From: Parcubacteria group bacterium
GTDB taxonomy: Bacteria; Patescibacteriota; Patescibacteriia; UBA1558; GWA2-36-10
DNA: 64,000 nucleotides
Assembly: GCA_003104935.1 (NCBI GenBank)
Contig: PQAE01000003.1
Coordinates: forward strand, 9,350-73,349
Direction: 5' to 3'
Shown here: one piece after another, positions 20,878 to 30,929 of the stretch
Position numbering within the stretch: position 1 is the first letter of the stretch
How the letters are laid out: the number at the start of each line of letters is the position of its first letter
Notes under the pieces: generated by a model
The model's input: the letters and a program-made list of their open reading frames with translations, nothing else
Databases searched by the model: none
What the model was told of the DNA's origin: nothing
Translations under genes and position numbers: made by a program

Positions 20878-20902
20878 CCAACGCAGGTTGGATTCTTTTT
20901 TT
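20878..20902 (+). terminator. Rho-independent terminator (CCAACGCAGGUUGG followed by AUUCUUUUUUU)
   Basis: Hairpin followed by a U-tract on the plus strand only. Confidence 0.6.
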
Positions 20903-21326
20903 ATCCAATAATTTTATCCAGCGCTTGATTGACCAGTTTATCGGCAAATTTATTCTGTTCACGCCGCACATGTTGAAAGGTCACTTTTTTGAAAGACTGG
21001 CTCAGATTCCAAACTTGCACAAATAATTTGGCCAGCTCCTTATCTTTGACTTTGTAATTTCTATTTAATTGTTCTACAACTAGCTCCGAATCTAAGAAAC
21101 AATGCAACTCCGTGATTTTATTTTCCAAAGCTAATTTTAAACCGGCAATAACAGCCTTGTACTCGGCCTGATTATTGGTGGTTTCGCCGATATATTCGGA
21201 AACAGTACCGATGGTTTTCGTACCGTTGTACAAGACTGCTCCGATAGCGGCCGGTCCGGGGTTACCCCGCGCTCCGCCATCACTAAATAATCTGTACCTC
21301 GCCCCGCCAGAAATTTTACTATTCAT
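20901..21326 (-). CDS. rnhA: Ribonuclease HI
   Basis: SDGGARGNPGPAAIGAVL...EYKAVIAGL, an RNase H fold with catalytic D and E. Confidence 0.85.
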   Translation of the reverse strand: MNSKISGGARYRLFSDGGARGNPGPAAIGAVLYNGTKTIGTVSEYIGETTNNQAEYKAVIAGLKLALENKITELHCFLDSELVVEQLNRNYKVKDKELAKLFVQVWNLSQSFKKVTFQHVRREQNKFADKLVNQALDKIIG

Positions 21327-21518
21327 AGATCTATTATATAATAATCTCTTTACATTGAAAATTAATCAAGCATAAAATTAATCGCTGCATAAGTTTCTAG
21401 CAGAGCTCATAATTTCTTTACCCCGTTAGAAATCTGAGCTGTTATAAATTAAACCATATAAGCCAAGGCTAATTTTTTACAGTGTTTGAATATAATAATT
21501 ATAAAAAAATAATTTAAT

Positions 21519-23225
21519 TTATGGATTTCTAACGGGATGAATATCTTTTATTTTAATTTGTATTTCCCGATTGCCATTCCACTCATTGATACTAAGATTA
21601 TAAGCAATATCAATAATATCGTCTAATTTCAGGTCAGTGCCGGCCAGATTAAAAGCAATGGCGCCGAATGTTTTACTGTCTTTATTTAAATCAAGTTTCC
21701 AATGTTTTCCATCACTGCCGACTTTTCTGGCTCCGGCCACTTTTAGACCCCGAGACACAAAAACCGGCTCCTCATTAGCCATGCCAAAGGGCTTAAACTG
21801 TTCCAGGGCATCCACCAGCTCCCAGGAGATAGAACTAAAGTCGATCTCCAAATCCGCGTCCATAGTAGGCCGCAAATCATCTTGATTTAAGTATGCCCGC
21901 GCCGCCTCTTTCAATTTATTTATAATGATCGGCATATTTTCTTTAGTCACCGAAAAACCGCAGGCCTGGGGATGCCCGCCAAATTTTATCAGCAAATCCT
22001 TGCTTTCCTGCAAAACTTTAGTAACATTAAATCCCTTTAAACTGCGACCCGAAGCTACTATATTGCCGTTATTATCCGTTAAGATTAAGCACGGCCGATT
22101 GTATATTTTCATCAAACGGGATGCCACCAAGCCCGTCAGACCGGCCGGCCAACTGGGCTTATAAAAAGCCAATAAACTATCAGTAAAATCAATAGCCAAT
22201 GCCTGTGCCTCTTTGATAACAGTTTCGGTCAAATTTTGTCGGTCAATATTAGACTGATTCAGATCCCTGGCCAGTTGAGCCGCCTTAACCTCATCCTCTT
22301 CACGCAATAAATAATAGGCTAAGTTGGCGTGATCCATGCGGCCGGCGGCATTAATTCGCGGAGCAATACTGAAAGAGATGGCCCGCGGATCCATCTTGTC
22401 GGGATCCAGACCGGCTTGATCTATCATTTGCTGCAGGCCTTTATTTCTGGTTTTCTTTAGTACGATCAAACCATATTTCAGCAGAGTCCTGTTTTCTCCC
22501 AATAAAGGGACTATATCCGCAACAGTGGAAATAGAAACCAAATCAAGCAACCATTTTTCCTGGCCTTCCTTTTCCGACATGGTCATCACGCATTCCGGGC
22601 TAAGCAGTAAGGCCTGGGCTAATTTAAATGCCACTCCGCCGCCGGCCAAAAATTTAAAAGGATAGGTTTCACCAGGAACCTGAGGGTGAATAATGGCATA
22701 GGCCTCGGGTAGGCGTTCCGGCAGGCTGTGGTGATCAGTGATGATAACGTCAATTCCCTTTGCTCTGGCCAAAGCGATTTCCTCAATATTACTGATGCCA
22801 CAATCGCAAGTAACAATAACCTTTGCTCCCGTGCCGGCTATTTCCTCCACGGCTTTACTATTTAATCCATATCCTTCCCTTTCCCGGTGTGGCAAATAAG
22901 CATTGACCTTAGCGCCAAGCTTAGTGAGAACTATATTCAGGATCGTGGCCGCGCAGACGCCGTCGGCATCATAATCACCATAAACCGTGACAAGTTCCCG
23001 GTTTTTTATGGCTTGATAAAGTCTGGCCACGGCTTGAGACATGCCCTTGAATAAATATGGATCGTGGATGTCTTGACTATAATCAGAATTAAAAAACTCA
23101 TCAATCTTTTCCTGAGTTTTTAAGCCACGATTATATAAAAGCTGGACAACTATCGGGTCAAGTTCTGGAAATTCTTCTATTGTTTCCTTTGGAGCCGAGT
23201 CCGAGATATTCCAAATATATTGCAT
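21519..23225 (-). CDS. recJ: Single-stranded-DNA-specific exonuclease RecJ
   Basis: DHH motifs (VTVYGDYDADGV, DCGISN, IITDHH) and a DHHA1 region. Confidence 0.85.
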   Translation of the reverse strand: MQYIWNISDSAPKETIEEFPELDPIVVQLLYNRGLKTQEKIDEFFNSDYSQDIHDPYLFKGMSQAVARLYQAIKNRELVTVYGDYDADGVCAATILNIVLTKLGAKVNAYLPHREREGYGLNSKAVEEIAGTGAKVIVTCDCGISNIEEIALARAKGIDVIITDHHSLPERLPEAYAIIHPQVPGETYPFKFLAGGGVAFKLAQALLLSPECVMTMSEKEGQEKWLLDLVSISTVADIVPLLGENRTLLKYGLIVLKKTRNKGLQQMIDQAGLDPDKMDPRAISFSIAPRINAAGRMDHANLAYYLLREEDEVKAAQLARDLNQSNIDRQNLTETVIKEAQALAIDFTDSLLAFYKPSWPAGLTGLVASRLMKIYNRPCLILTDNNGNIVASGRSLKGFNVTKVLQESKDLLIKFGGHPQACGFSVTKENMPIIINKLKEAARAYLNQDDLRPTMDADLEIDFSSISWELVDALEQFKPFGMANEEPVFVSRGLKVAGARKVGSDGKHWKLDLNKDSKTFGAIAFNLAGTDLKLDDIIDIAYNLSINEWNGNREIQIKIKDIHPVRNP

Positions 23226-23288
23226 AAAAAATAAATCACGTTGTTAACGTGCTTTATTTTAGCAATAAAACCTAGATTTGACCAACTC

Positions 23289-23780
23289 TTATTTTACTTT
23301 GGTTACTTTTATTTTAATTGGCCCCTTCTTTTTGGCCATGACTTCTTCTTTTTTTTCTATTTTTTCGCTAACCCCTTTAGAGGTGAGAACGCCTCTAAAG
23401 GGGCTAATATTAGCCATTTTTTTAGGTTTTTCCGACTCCCCTACTCTAATCGGTTCAATTTCCTTAGTAGTAATTTCTTCTTTATCCCCAACATCTGCTG
23501 ACAATTCTGCTTTGGCAAGGTGATTATTTTGCCGGATCTCCGCCAGCAGATAGATCAAACCGACTAACAAAAGTAGCAGGCCGACCACTAAAAACCAAAA
23601 ATAAATATTATTCAGATTAAAGAAAGTCATGGCGTTGTAGTCGCCGACCATCTGGACATAATCATTTTTGACCACATCCAGCTGATTGTTCAAGTCCGAT
23701 AGTTGCTGATCGGTGGCCTGCAGGCTATTAACTACATTGTCGCCGGCTTGGGCTAATAAATTTTGAACTAGGATAAACAT
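23289..23780 (-). CDS. Hypothetical single-pass membrane protein with coiled-coil N-terminus and Lys-rich tail
   Basis: 163-aa ORF with a TM (FWFLVVGLLLLLVGLIYLL); overlaps the ackA start by 13 nt. Confidence 0.45.
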   Translation of the reverse strand: MFILVQNLLAQAGDNVVNSLQATDQQLSDLNNQLDVVKNDYVQMVGDYNAMTFFNLNNIYFWFLVVGLLLLLVGLIYLLAEIRQNNHLAKAELSADVGDKEEITTKEIEPIRVGESEKPKKMANISPFRGVLTSKGVSEKIEKKEEVMAKKKGPIKIKVTKVK

Positions 23781-24925
23781 TTTAGTGTTTTGTTGGCGAT
23801 ATTTAAATCTTCATCGCCGGGCGATATTAAAATTTTGCAACGCCGAGGCAGATTTAATTTTTGCAATACTAACTTCCGGATGATCGGGCTATGATGACCG
23901 ACCATACCGGTAAAAACTATAGCATCCAAGTGTTCGGCCTGGGCGGCATAAGCGCCGAGATAATGCCGGATGCGCCCAATATATTTTTGCAGGGCCAGCC
24001 TGGCCGAGGCTTTTTGCATGTGGCTGAATTTCAAGCTGGAGCGGAAACCTTCAACCTTATAGCCGTTGGCCAGCAGAATTTCGCGCAGATCGGAGGTGCC
24101 GGCCAGACCCAATAGTCCAGATTCTTCGTTTAATATTTTTTTTAATTTAGCCAAAGGTATCTTCAGCTCAGCCGCTAAAAATAAAACGAGGTCCGGCGGC
24201 AAGTCGCCGCTACGAGTAGACATGACCAAGCCCTCATTGGGCGAAAAACCCATACTGGTATCTTTGACCTGTCCTCGCGCAAACCAGCTCAAACTATTGC
24301 CCGAACCTAGGTGGCAGGAAATAACCTCTAATTTATTTAACGGCTTTTTTAATTTACTGGCCGCATATTCCACCGACTGTTCGTGACTGAGGCCGTGAAA
24401 ACCGTATTTACGGATTTTATGTTGGCTATAATACTCGCGGGGAATGGCGTACAGGTAAATTTCCGGGGTTAGATCTTTATACCAGGCGGTATCAAAACTA
24501 GCGGCCATCTTTAACCTGGGCCAGGTCGCTTTGGCCAGCTTGATCAATTCTATAGCCGGCGGATTATGCAAGGGAGCTAAATTATTGTACTTGGCAATTT
24601 TCAATAATAAATCGGCGTCAATCTTTGCGGTCTGGCGCAATTCCTCACCGCCATGGACCACGCGAAAGCCGACATAAACAATATTATATTTGACTAATAC
24701 GTCATGCAAATATTTCCAGGCTCCTTTGATACTAAAAGCATGGCTAAAATGAAATTTTTTTTCTTTCTGGTTAAAAGTATACGAAAAGTCACAGCCGTTA
24801 TGAGTGTGGCTTATCATTCCACTACCCACCAGCTCCCCGATCTTCCTTCCCTGATAGGAAAATAAGGAAAATTTTAGGCTACTACTGCCGGCATTTAAGA
24901 CCAATAAATATTTAGACGCATTCAT
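23768..24925 (-). CDS. ackA: Acetate kinase
   Basis: LVLNAGSSSLKFSLF N-terminal motif; GFHGLSH; ISCHLGSGNS...DTSMGFSP...MSTRSGD. Confidence 0.85.
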   Translation of the reverse strand: MNASKYLLVLNAGSSSLKFSLFSYQGRKIGELVGSGMISHTHNGCDFSYTFNQKEKKFHFSHAFSIKGAWKYLHDVLVKYNIVYVGFRVVHGGEELRQTAKIDADLLLKIAKYNNLAPLHNPPAIELIKLAKATWPRLKMAASFDTAWYKDLTPEIYLYAIPREYYSQHKIRKYGFHGLSHEQSVEYAASKLKKPLNKLEVISCHLGSGNSLSWFARGQVKDTSMGFSPNEGLVMSTRSGDLPPDLVLFLAAELKIPLAKLKKILNEESGLLGLAGTSDLREILLANGYKVEGFRSSLKFSHMQKASARLALQKYIGRIRHYLGAYAAQAEHLDAIVFTGMVGHHSPIIRKLVLQKLNLPRRCKILISPGDEDLNIANKTLKCLS

Positions 24926-25491
24926 ATATCCAAATCAATTTTTGTTTCCGTTAATAATCCGGCGGCATTACCTTCATCGGTATCCAAATGAATACGGGTT
25001 TGGAAGGGTCCGCTACGCACGATGATATTTTCAAAAATTAACGGCCGCGCACCACTTCTGACAATCGCCCGGACTTTTTGTCCCGATTTCAATCCCCAGG
25101 CCCTGGCCTGTTCGGGCGAAATATGTAAATGCCTTAAAGGGATAATCACCCCTGAGTTTAATTTTACCCTCCCTTTTGGCCCCCGTAAGGTCAAGTCGCC
25201 GCCGGAACCGCGCTGGTCTCCGGACAGCCGAAATACCCGCTGTACACCCAGAATACGAGCATCGCTTATTGCCAGTTCCACCTGAGTTTTAGTTCGCACC
25301 GGACCCACCACCCGGATGTTTAGACGATGTTTCGGACCCACGGCCAGCAAAGTTTCCCGGGCGGCAAACTGACCAGGCTGGGATAAGGCCTTTAATTTCT
25401 TTAATTTGTAAGCCCGGCCAAAAAGCGTAAACAAATCCTTCTGGCTAAGATGAACGTGGCGGGCAGACACTTCAACAATTACTTTCCTCAT
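24922..25491 (-). CDS. PduL-type phosphate acyltransferase (phosphotransacetylase/propanoyltransferase)
   Basis: Two PduL half-domains, each with an RH(V/L)H(L/I)S motif (SARHVHLSQ, LRHLHISPE). Overlaps ackA, which completes an acetyl-phosphate pathway. Confidence 0.75.
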   Translation of the reverse strand: MRKVIVEVSARHVHLSQKDLFTLFGRAYKLKKLKALSQPGQFAARETLLAVGPKHRLNIRVVGPVRTKTQVELAISDARILGVQRVFRLSGDQRGSGGDLTLRGPKGRVKLNSGVIIPLRHLHISPEQARAWGLKSGQKVRAIVRSGARPLIFENIIVRSGPFQTRIHLDTDEGNAAGLLTETKIDLDI

Positions 25492-25648
25492 ATAAAATTA
25501 ATTAGGGCTGGTGATAGCGATAACTTCGTCATAAGAGTCGCTTATACTATTTTGGGTCTGACGAATGATAAATATAGCAAACACCGTACATACTACCAAA
25601 ACGCCTATACTGATGACGCTACGCAAATTTAAGTGTCTGGCAATCATA

Positions 25649-26635
25649 TTATAAATGGTGTTGCTTGAGATATTGCTTGGTAACTATACCGGCCTGAGCG
25701 CCGATCTTTGAGACCACCAAACCACTGTTTAAAATACCCAGATTCAATGCCTTCTTAATATTATTATGATAGCGAATCAAGCCTCCGATAAAACCCGAAC
25801 CAAAGGCATCGCCGGCCCCCAAAGTGCTGATCGGTTTGTGATTGGTAGCTGCGCGAAAATATATTTCACTGCCGTCATAAACATAGGCGCCTCGCGGACC
25901 GTCGGTGATCACCGTCAGATATTGACCATAGTGCAATTTTTTAAAGAGAAACCGGATATTATTCTTAATCTTAATTTTTCCCAAACTGGATACTAATCCC
26001 AGGGCTTCGTCCCGATTAACAATTAAGACTAAATTTTTATTTAAGCATTTGGAAATCCTTCTCAAACCCCAGCTTAGTTGGCGGGCGTCGGGATTCCAGG
26101 CCAACTTAATTTTTCTGGCTTTGGCTCGCTGAAAAAAATCCGCCAGCTGAGGCGATGATATTTTAGCCAAAGAATTCAGATAAATCCAATTTGTTTTGAT
26201 TTGACGGATAATTTTTTCGCCTAACTCCAGGTGATCATTGGCACCGCGATAGGAGAACAAAACGTGTTCATGGCTAGCCCCCACGTTAACTACGAGGGAC
26301 AAAGCCGTCCGGTATTGTCGGCGCGTCTGCACTGCAGAAACATTTACGCCCCGCCGACGCAGATTAGCCATTAGATCGTGGCCTACCGCATCGTGGCCGA
26401 CCGAGCTGATCAATTTTGTTTTGAGTCCCAACGCCGCCAGAGTAACCGCCGTATTGGCACCCCCGCCGCCATAGGAAAAATAAACTTTATCACTGTGAAT
26501 CTTGGTGCCGTATTCAAAAGCAATTAGTTTTTTGCGTAGTAAATCTTTTTTATTGTCCAAAATCAGGGCCTGATCAGTATAATACATGATGTCCTGAGTA
26601 GAGCCGCCGATAATTGTGATAGATTTTTTTAACAT
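25649..26635 (-). CDS. PfkB-family carbohydrate/nucleoside kinase (ribokinase-like)
   Basis: GGGGANTAVTLAALG and DTLGAGDAFGSGFIGG motifs. Confidence 0.85.
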   Translation of the reverse strand: MLKKSITIIGGSTQDIMYYTDQALILDNKKDLLRKKLIAFEYGTKIHSDKVYFSYGGGGANTAVTLAALGLKTKLISSVGHDAVGHDLMANLRRRGVNVSAVQTRRQYRTALSLVVNVGASHEHVLFSYRGANDHLELGEKIIRQIKTNWIYLNSLAKISSPQLADFFQRAKARKIKLAWNPDARQLSWGLRRISKCLNKNLVLIVNRDEALGLVSSLGKIKIKNNIRFLFKKLHYGQYLTVITDGPRGAYVYDGSEIYFRAATNHKPISTLGAGDAFGSGFIGGLIRYHNNIKKALNLGILNSGLVVSKIGAQAGIVTKQYLKQHHL

Positions 26636-26636
26636 A

Positions 26637-26870
26637 TCAATTATTGCTAAAGCGATGATAATCTCTGATTTTCTCGACGATCATGCGCACAATAAAAAAG
26701 AAAACCAGACCCATGCCGGTCATAAAAACTATCTGCCAGGTAAAACCGACTTTTAAATCCTGTAGTTGTTGCACTAAAGAGATGGCCACTAAAATACCCA
26801 ATACCATGACCGCCAGAAATAAAAGCATCACCAGAGTAAAAATGGTTTCCGCTATTCTATGAAAAGACAT
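26637..26870 (-). CDS. Hypothetical small membrane protein
   Basis: 77 aa with two TM helices, tightly spaced after the PfkB gene. Confidence 0.35.
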   Translation of the reverse strand: MSFHRIAETIFTLVMLLFLAVMVLGILVAISLVQQLQDLKVGFTWQIVFMTGMGLVFFFIVRMIVEKIRDYHRFSNN

Positions 26871-26917
26871 AAATATCAGCTAATTTTTTAACCCCTATAT
26901 TATACCAAAAAAATACC

Positions 26918-27421
26918 CTACTGCCTAATAGCCCGACGCCGTATATCCAGATAATATCCGGCCGCTCCCAGGGCCACACCGACGTTGAGCGATTCTTTGT
27001 GCCCGTACATGGGGAGATAAATTATGGCATCGGCCTGCTTTAATAAAGCTCGGGAAATACCGCGTACCTCGTTACCGATGATTAAAGCCAGAGGAAACGA
27101 GGGTTTAAAACTGGAATACAGTTTTGCTCCCCGACCTTCCTCCAAGGCCACGATTTTAATTTTTTGTTTTTTTAAATCTCTAATCAAGCGGCCGATATTC
27201 TTAACCCGCTCCCAGGACACGATCTGTTCACTGCCTAGCGCCACTTTAGCGATCTGGTATCGAGGCGGACATCCGCTATAGCCACTTAAAAAAAGCCGGC
27301 TCACACCCAGGGCGTCAGCCGTCCGAAAGACAGTGCCCACATTGTAAAGACTACGGATATTGTGGGCAATAATATAAAAATCAGCTTTGATTGTCATGGT
27401 CAACTTCTTCTTTTTTTTCAC
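26918..27421 (-). CDS. SpoU/TrmH-family RNA 2'-O-methyltransferase
   Basis: SPOUT motifs (NIRSLYNVGTVFRTADALG ... IIGNEVRGIS ... LNVGVALGAAGY). Confidence 0.8.
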   Translation of the reverse strand: MKKKKKLTMTIKADFYIIAHNIRSLYNVGTVFRTADALGVSRLFLSGYSGCPPRYQIAKVALGSEQIVSWERVKNIGRLIRDLKKQKIKIVALEEGRGAKLYSSFKPSFPLALIIGNEVRGISRALLKQADAIIYLPMYGHKESLNVGVALGAAGYYLDIRRRAIRQ

Positions 27422-28991
27422 GCATAAAACCTAACCAGTGTTCAATAGCCGAGAAGAGCAATTTCAACGGCACTTCCACCACATAATCCATGATAAAGGC
27501 AAAAATATTTATTTTTTTGAAGCGTCGAGACATCCATAGACCCAAACCGATAACGGGCAAAGAGAAAAAATTCATCACCGTAGAAAGCAGACCTTCTTTT
27601 TTTTGGATCACTAAGTACTCGTGGGCGCTGTGGCGGATGCGCAGAGCAAAAAAGCTGACCGCCGACAAGAATATTATAAAAATGCCGCCGCTAATGATAT
27701 TGAAATTTAATAAACGCAGAAAATATATAATCACGCCAAAGACCAAAATATACAGTAGCGAATACATAAAATAATAAAAAATCTGAAAACCGCTAGTTTG
27801 GCGATATTTGCTCTTGAGTTGGCACAGGATCGACTGAGAATACTGGCCGTAGACTAAATTGTTCAGATTTTCCAGTATTTTCTTGGTATTGGCTTCGCTG
27901 GGCGGCACCACGCTCAAGGTTACCAAAAACATCAGTATCGGAGGAAAGGAAACATTAATAATCAGATTCAGATAATTTAGATGCTGAATCAGGTATAATT
28001 CATAAGGCAACTCCAATACAAAAGCAATCAGCACCTTGGTCAGAAAAATATACAAGATTGCCCGCACCGAAGCACTACTTATTTTTTTTCTGATACTGCT
28101 GTAGCGCTGGTGGATCAAGCTCTTGGCCTCTGACTCCAATAAGTCAGGATTAGTCAATAATTCATCAATACCCTCACCTTTGGCTAAAATTAATTCATAT
28201 AAAATTTTAAAAGTAACCACCGGCTCCTTTATGGAGTCCAGGATCTTGCGCTGATAAGGATGACGCAGGCGGCGCTGGACACTGTGATAAATGGCCGGTA
28301 GTTTGACAGCTACTGTCCTGATTGTCTGCTCATCGGCATAAAGCCAACTGTCAAAATAAAGGTTTAATAAATGATAGGAAATTATGGTGTCGTCTGACTT
28401 TACCAAAGACTTGTGAATAGCAATATAGACCTGGATGTTTTTTTCCTGGATAGTCAGATCGTCGCCGCCCTTGAGCTTTATCCTCTGCTTAGTAACCTGA
28501 TACATCGCTTCAATAACTGCGTCTTCGATGCTTTCAGGCTTAAGCGCCATATCAATCTCACAGGCTTCCACGCCGATCAGCCAATCAAAATAATCCTGAA
28601 TGTGGTCGCCGTGGTAAAGATCATTCATCAGGTCGTAAAGCTGATTATACTTGGCAATAATCTGTTCTACCTGCCAGATTGTGCTTTCCGGCAATTCTTT
28701 ATTGGGAATATAATTGGAGCGGATCATGTCCTCAATCAGGCCTTTGGCGATCTGAGGACGCAAGGCCTCGAGGATAAAACGACGCTTGAGGTTGCGCTCA
28801 ATAGCAAAACGCCGCAAGAGATGGATGTCTTTGAAATCCACACTATTGCGCATTTTTTCGTAAAAAGAAGTTAGGTGGCTATTGATCTCGTCCACCTCTA
28901 TTTTGTTTTCTTCGCGCGTCAGGCGTAGCCGATTCTGATAAATAGCCTTTATTTTGTTGTATAAAACGACTATTTCCTCAGAAATTTTCAT
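27381..28991 (-). CDS. Hypothetical protein: soluble helical N-terminal domain plus C-terminal multi-TM region
   Basis: 536-aa ORF with several TM helices in the last 250 aa; no recognised motif. Confidence 0.5.
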   Translation of the reverse strand: MKISEEIVVLYNKIKAIYQNRLRLTREENKIEVDEINSHLTSFYEKMRNSVDFKDIHLLRRFAIERNLKRRFILEALRPQIAKGLIEDMIRSNYIPNKELPESTIWQVEQIIAKYNQLYDLMNDLYHGDHIQDYFDWLIGVEACEIDMALKPESIEDAVIEAMYQVTKQRIKLKGGDDLTIQEKNIQVYIAIHKSLVKSDDTIISYHLLNLYFDSWLYADEQTIRTVAVKLPAIYHSVQRRLRHPYQRKILDSIKEPVVTFKILYELILAKGEGIDELLTNPDLLESEAKSLIHQRYSSIRKKISSASVRAILYIFLTKVLIAFVLELPYELYLIQHLNYLNLIINVSFPPILMFLVTLSVVPPSEANTKKILENLNNLVYGQYSQSILCQLKSKYRQTSGFQIFYYFMYSLLYILVFGVIIYFLRLLNFNIISGGIFIIFLSAVSFFALRIRHSAHEYLVIQKKEGLLSTVMNFFSLPVIGLGLWMSRRFKKINIFAFIMDYVVEVPLKLLFSAIEHWLGFMREKKEEVDHDNQS

Positions 28992-29054
28992 AGATAAAAT
29001 TCATAATACACTATATTAAAATAGCATAAAATAGAGTTTATTTCAATATAAAAA

Positions 29055-30893
29055 TTAATTGATAAACCCGCCGGCTTGTCTTTCCCAATGACTGCGATAC
29101 AGTCCGCCCCTGATCTTTAATAATTCCTGATGTGTACCCTGCTCGACAATCTTCCCGTCATCGATCATCACAATTCTATCCATCTTCATTATGGTGGATA
29201 ATCTATGGGCTATTACAATTACAGTTTTATCCCGCATCAAATTGCTCAAAGCATCCTGGATCAGATGTTCAGATTCGGAATCTAGTGAAGAGGTCGCTTC
29301 ATCTAAAATCAAAATTGGGGCATTTTTCAAAATGGCTCGGGCAATAGCCACACGCTGGCGCTCGCCGCCGGAAAGTTTCACGCCTCTTTCACCAACGTAG
29401 GTTTTGTAACCGTCATTAAAGGTGCTGATAAACTCGTGGGCGTGTGCCAGCCTAGCGGCCTTGATAACCTCTATTTCCGTTGCATTTGGCCGGCCATAGC
29501 GGATATTTTCCGCTAGAGTGCGGTGAAATAAAATCGGATCCTGATTGACCATGGCGATATTTTGCCACAGACTTTCCTGGGTTACGGTTTCTATTTTTTG
29601 CCCGTCAATCAAAATATGACCGCGCTCTACATCAAACACTCGGAGCAATAGATTAACAATAGTTGATTTGCCGGAACCGGAAGATCCGACCAGAGCAATC
29701 TTTTCTCCCGGATTGATCTCCAGATTAAAGCGCGATATTATCCGGCGGGTTTGATTGTAATTAAATGTGATATCTTGAAAAACAATCCTCCCTTCGGACA
29801 CCGTTAAATTTTTTGCTTGTAGTGAATCCGATAATTCGTGTGGTGTCTCAAAAATCTCAGTCATTTCTTCGGCATTAGCCATATACTCATAAAAACGCCG
29901 GATAATGCGGGCGAAATTCCACAGACGCATGATCACGCCCAGGATATAGGCCTGAATCAGGAAAAAGTCGCCGATGGTAATTACGTTTGTCTGCCAAAGG
30001 TGGATGGCTAGGAAGAAAATACCGATTTCCAAGCCAATGCTAAAAAGGGCCTGGACCGCCTCAAATGTATTATCCATATTCCAGGTTTTGAGCCGTAAAG
30101 TATGGTAATCATTGTTGACCCGGCCAAAATATTTCATTTCGCGCTGATAACCGGTGAACAATTTGACATTTAGTTGATTGGTAAAAGTATCAGCCAAGAT
30201 GCCGACCATCTTAGAACTAAGCGCGGCCTTTTTGATATCATAACGCAGTTTATAAATGCTATAGCTATAGCTGACGATCATATAGACCACCGACCAGACT
30301 AAGAGTCCCAGACCCAGCCAGATATTGCGCTGAAACAAAACTATAATAGATAAACTTAAAAATACGAACAGGGTCAGGATATCCCACATGAAAATATCGC
30401 TTATTCCCATAAAAGTATCGGCAAAACGGTTAACTTTTTTAACCAGCGATCCGACAAAATTACTATTAAAAAAATTTATAGAATGTTTATGTAAATAGGA
30501 AAAACAGGAATTGTAAATATCTTCCTCCGCGTGCGCCTGCCAATAGGAAGCGCAAAAAGTAGCTGTGCGCCAAAGCACCCAGCCGATAAAATACAACAGT
30601 AAAATCTTGATCAAAATATGCTGTAAAACCGGAACCTTGCCAGACAAATCGCCGGCGTCAGTCAAAACGTTGAAAAAATCTTTATAAAAAAGCGGGCCGA
30701 TTATGTTTGCGACCTGAGCAACAATAGTAGCGACCATGGCGACCACAACGGTCAGTTTATACTTTCCTAGGTGCCTCAGATAAACTCTAAATGTTTGTTT
30801 TCTGTAACTTTGCATAATAGTGGCGATTAGTGTACCAAAAAAATGATATTTTGTAAATGATAGATAAAAAAACAGCTCTGCACCAGATAGCAC
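29055..30893 (-). CDS. ABC exporter, fused permease and ATPase (MsbA/type-I exporter-like)
   Basis: Six-TM N-terminus; Walker A (GSSGSGKST), signature LSGGERQRVAIAR, Walker B (ILILDEATSSLD). Confidence 0.9.
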   Translation of the reverse strand: MLSGAELFFYLSFTKYHFFGTLIATIMQSYRKQTFRVYLRHLGKYKLTVVVAMVATIVAQVANIIGPLFYKDFFNVLTDAGDLSGKVPVLQHILIKILLLYFIGWVLWRTATFCASYWQAHAEEDIYNSCFSYLHKHSINFFNSNFVGSLVKKVNRFADTFMGISDIFMWDILTLFVFLSLSIIVLFQRNIWLGLGLLVWSVVYMIVSYSYSIYKLRYDIKKAALSSKMVGILADTFTNQLNVKLFTGYQREMKYFGRVNNDYHTLRLKTWNMDNTFEAVQALFSIGLEIGIFFLAIHLWQTNVITIGDFFLIQAYILGVIMRLWNFARIIRRFYEYMANAEEMTEIFETPHELSDSLQAKNLTVSEGRIVFQDITFNYNQTRRIISRFNLEINPGEKIALVGSSGSGKSTIVNLLLRVFDVERGHILIDGQKIETVTQESLWQNIAMVNQDPILFHRTLAENIRYGRPNATEIEVIKAARLAHAHEFISTFNDGYKTYVGERGVKLSGGERQRVAIARAILKNAPILILDEATSSLDSESEHLIQDALSNLMRDKTVIVIAHRLSTIMKMDRIVMIDDGKIVEQGTHQELLKIRGGLYRSHWERQAGGFIN

Positions 30894-30929
30894 AGAGTTG
30901 TTTGGTTGAATTATTTTAAAGCCGAATAT

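Noticed and set aside
20690-20900. Possible structured ncRNA (SRP or 6S-like), given the elevated GC and absence of a listed ORF
   Set aside because: No SRP domain-IV or 6S signature could be matched by eye. A 41-codon ORF with perfect SD spacing explains the promoter and terminator. A dual-function RNA cannot be excluded without a covariance search.
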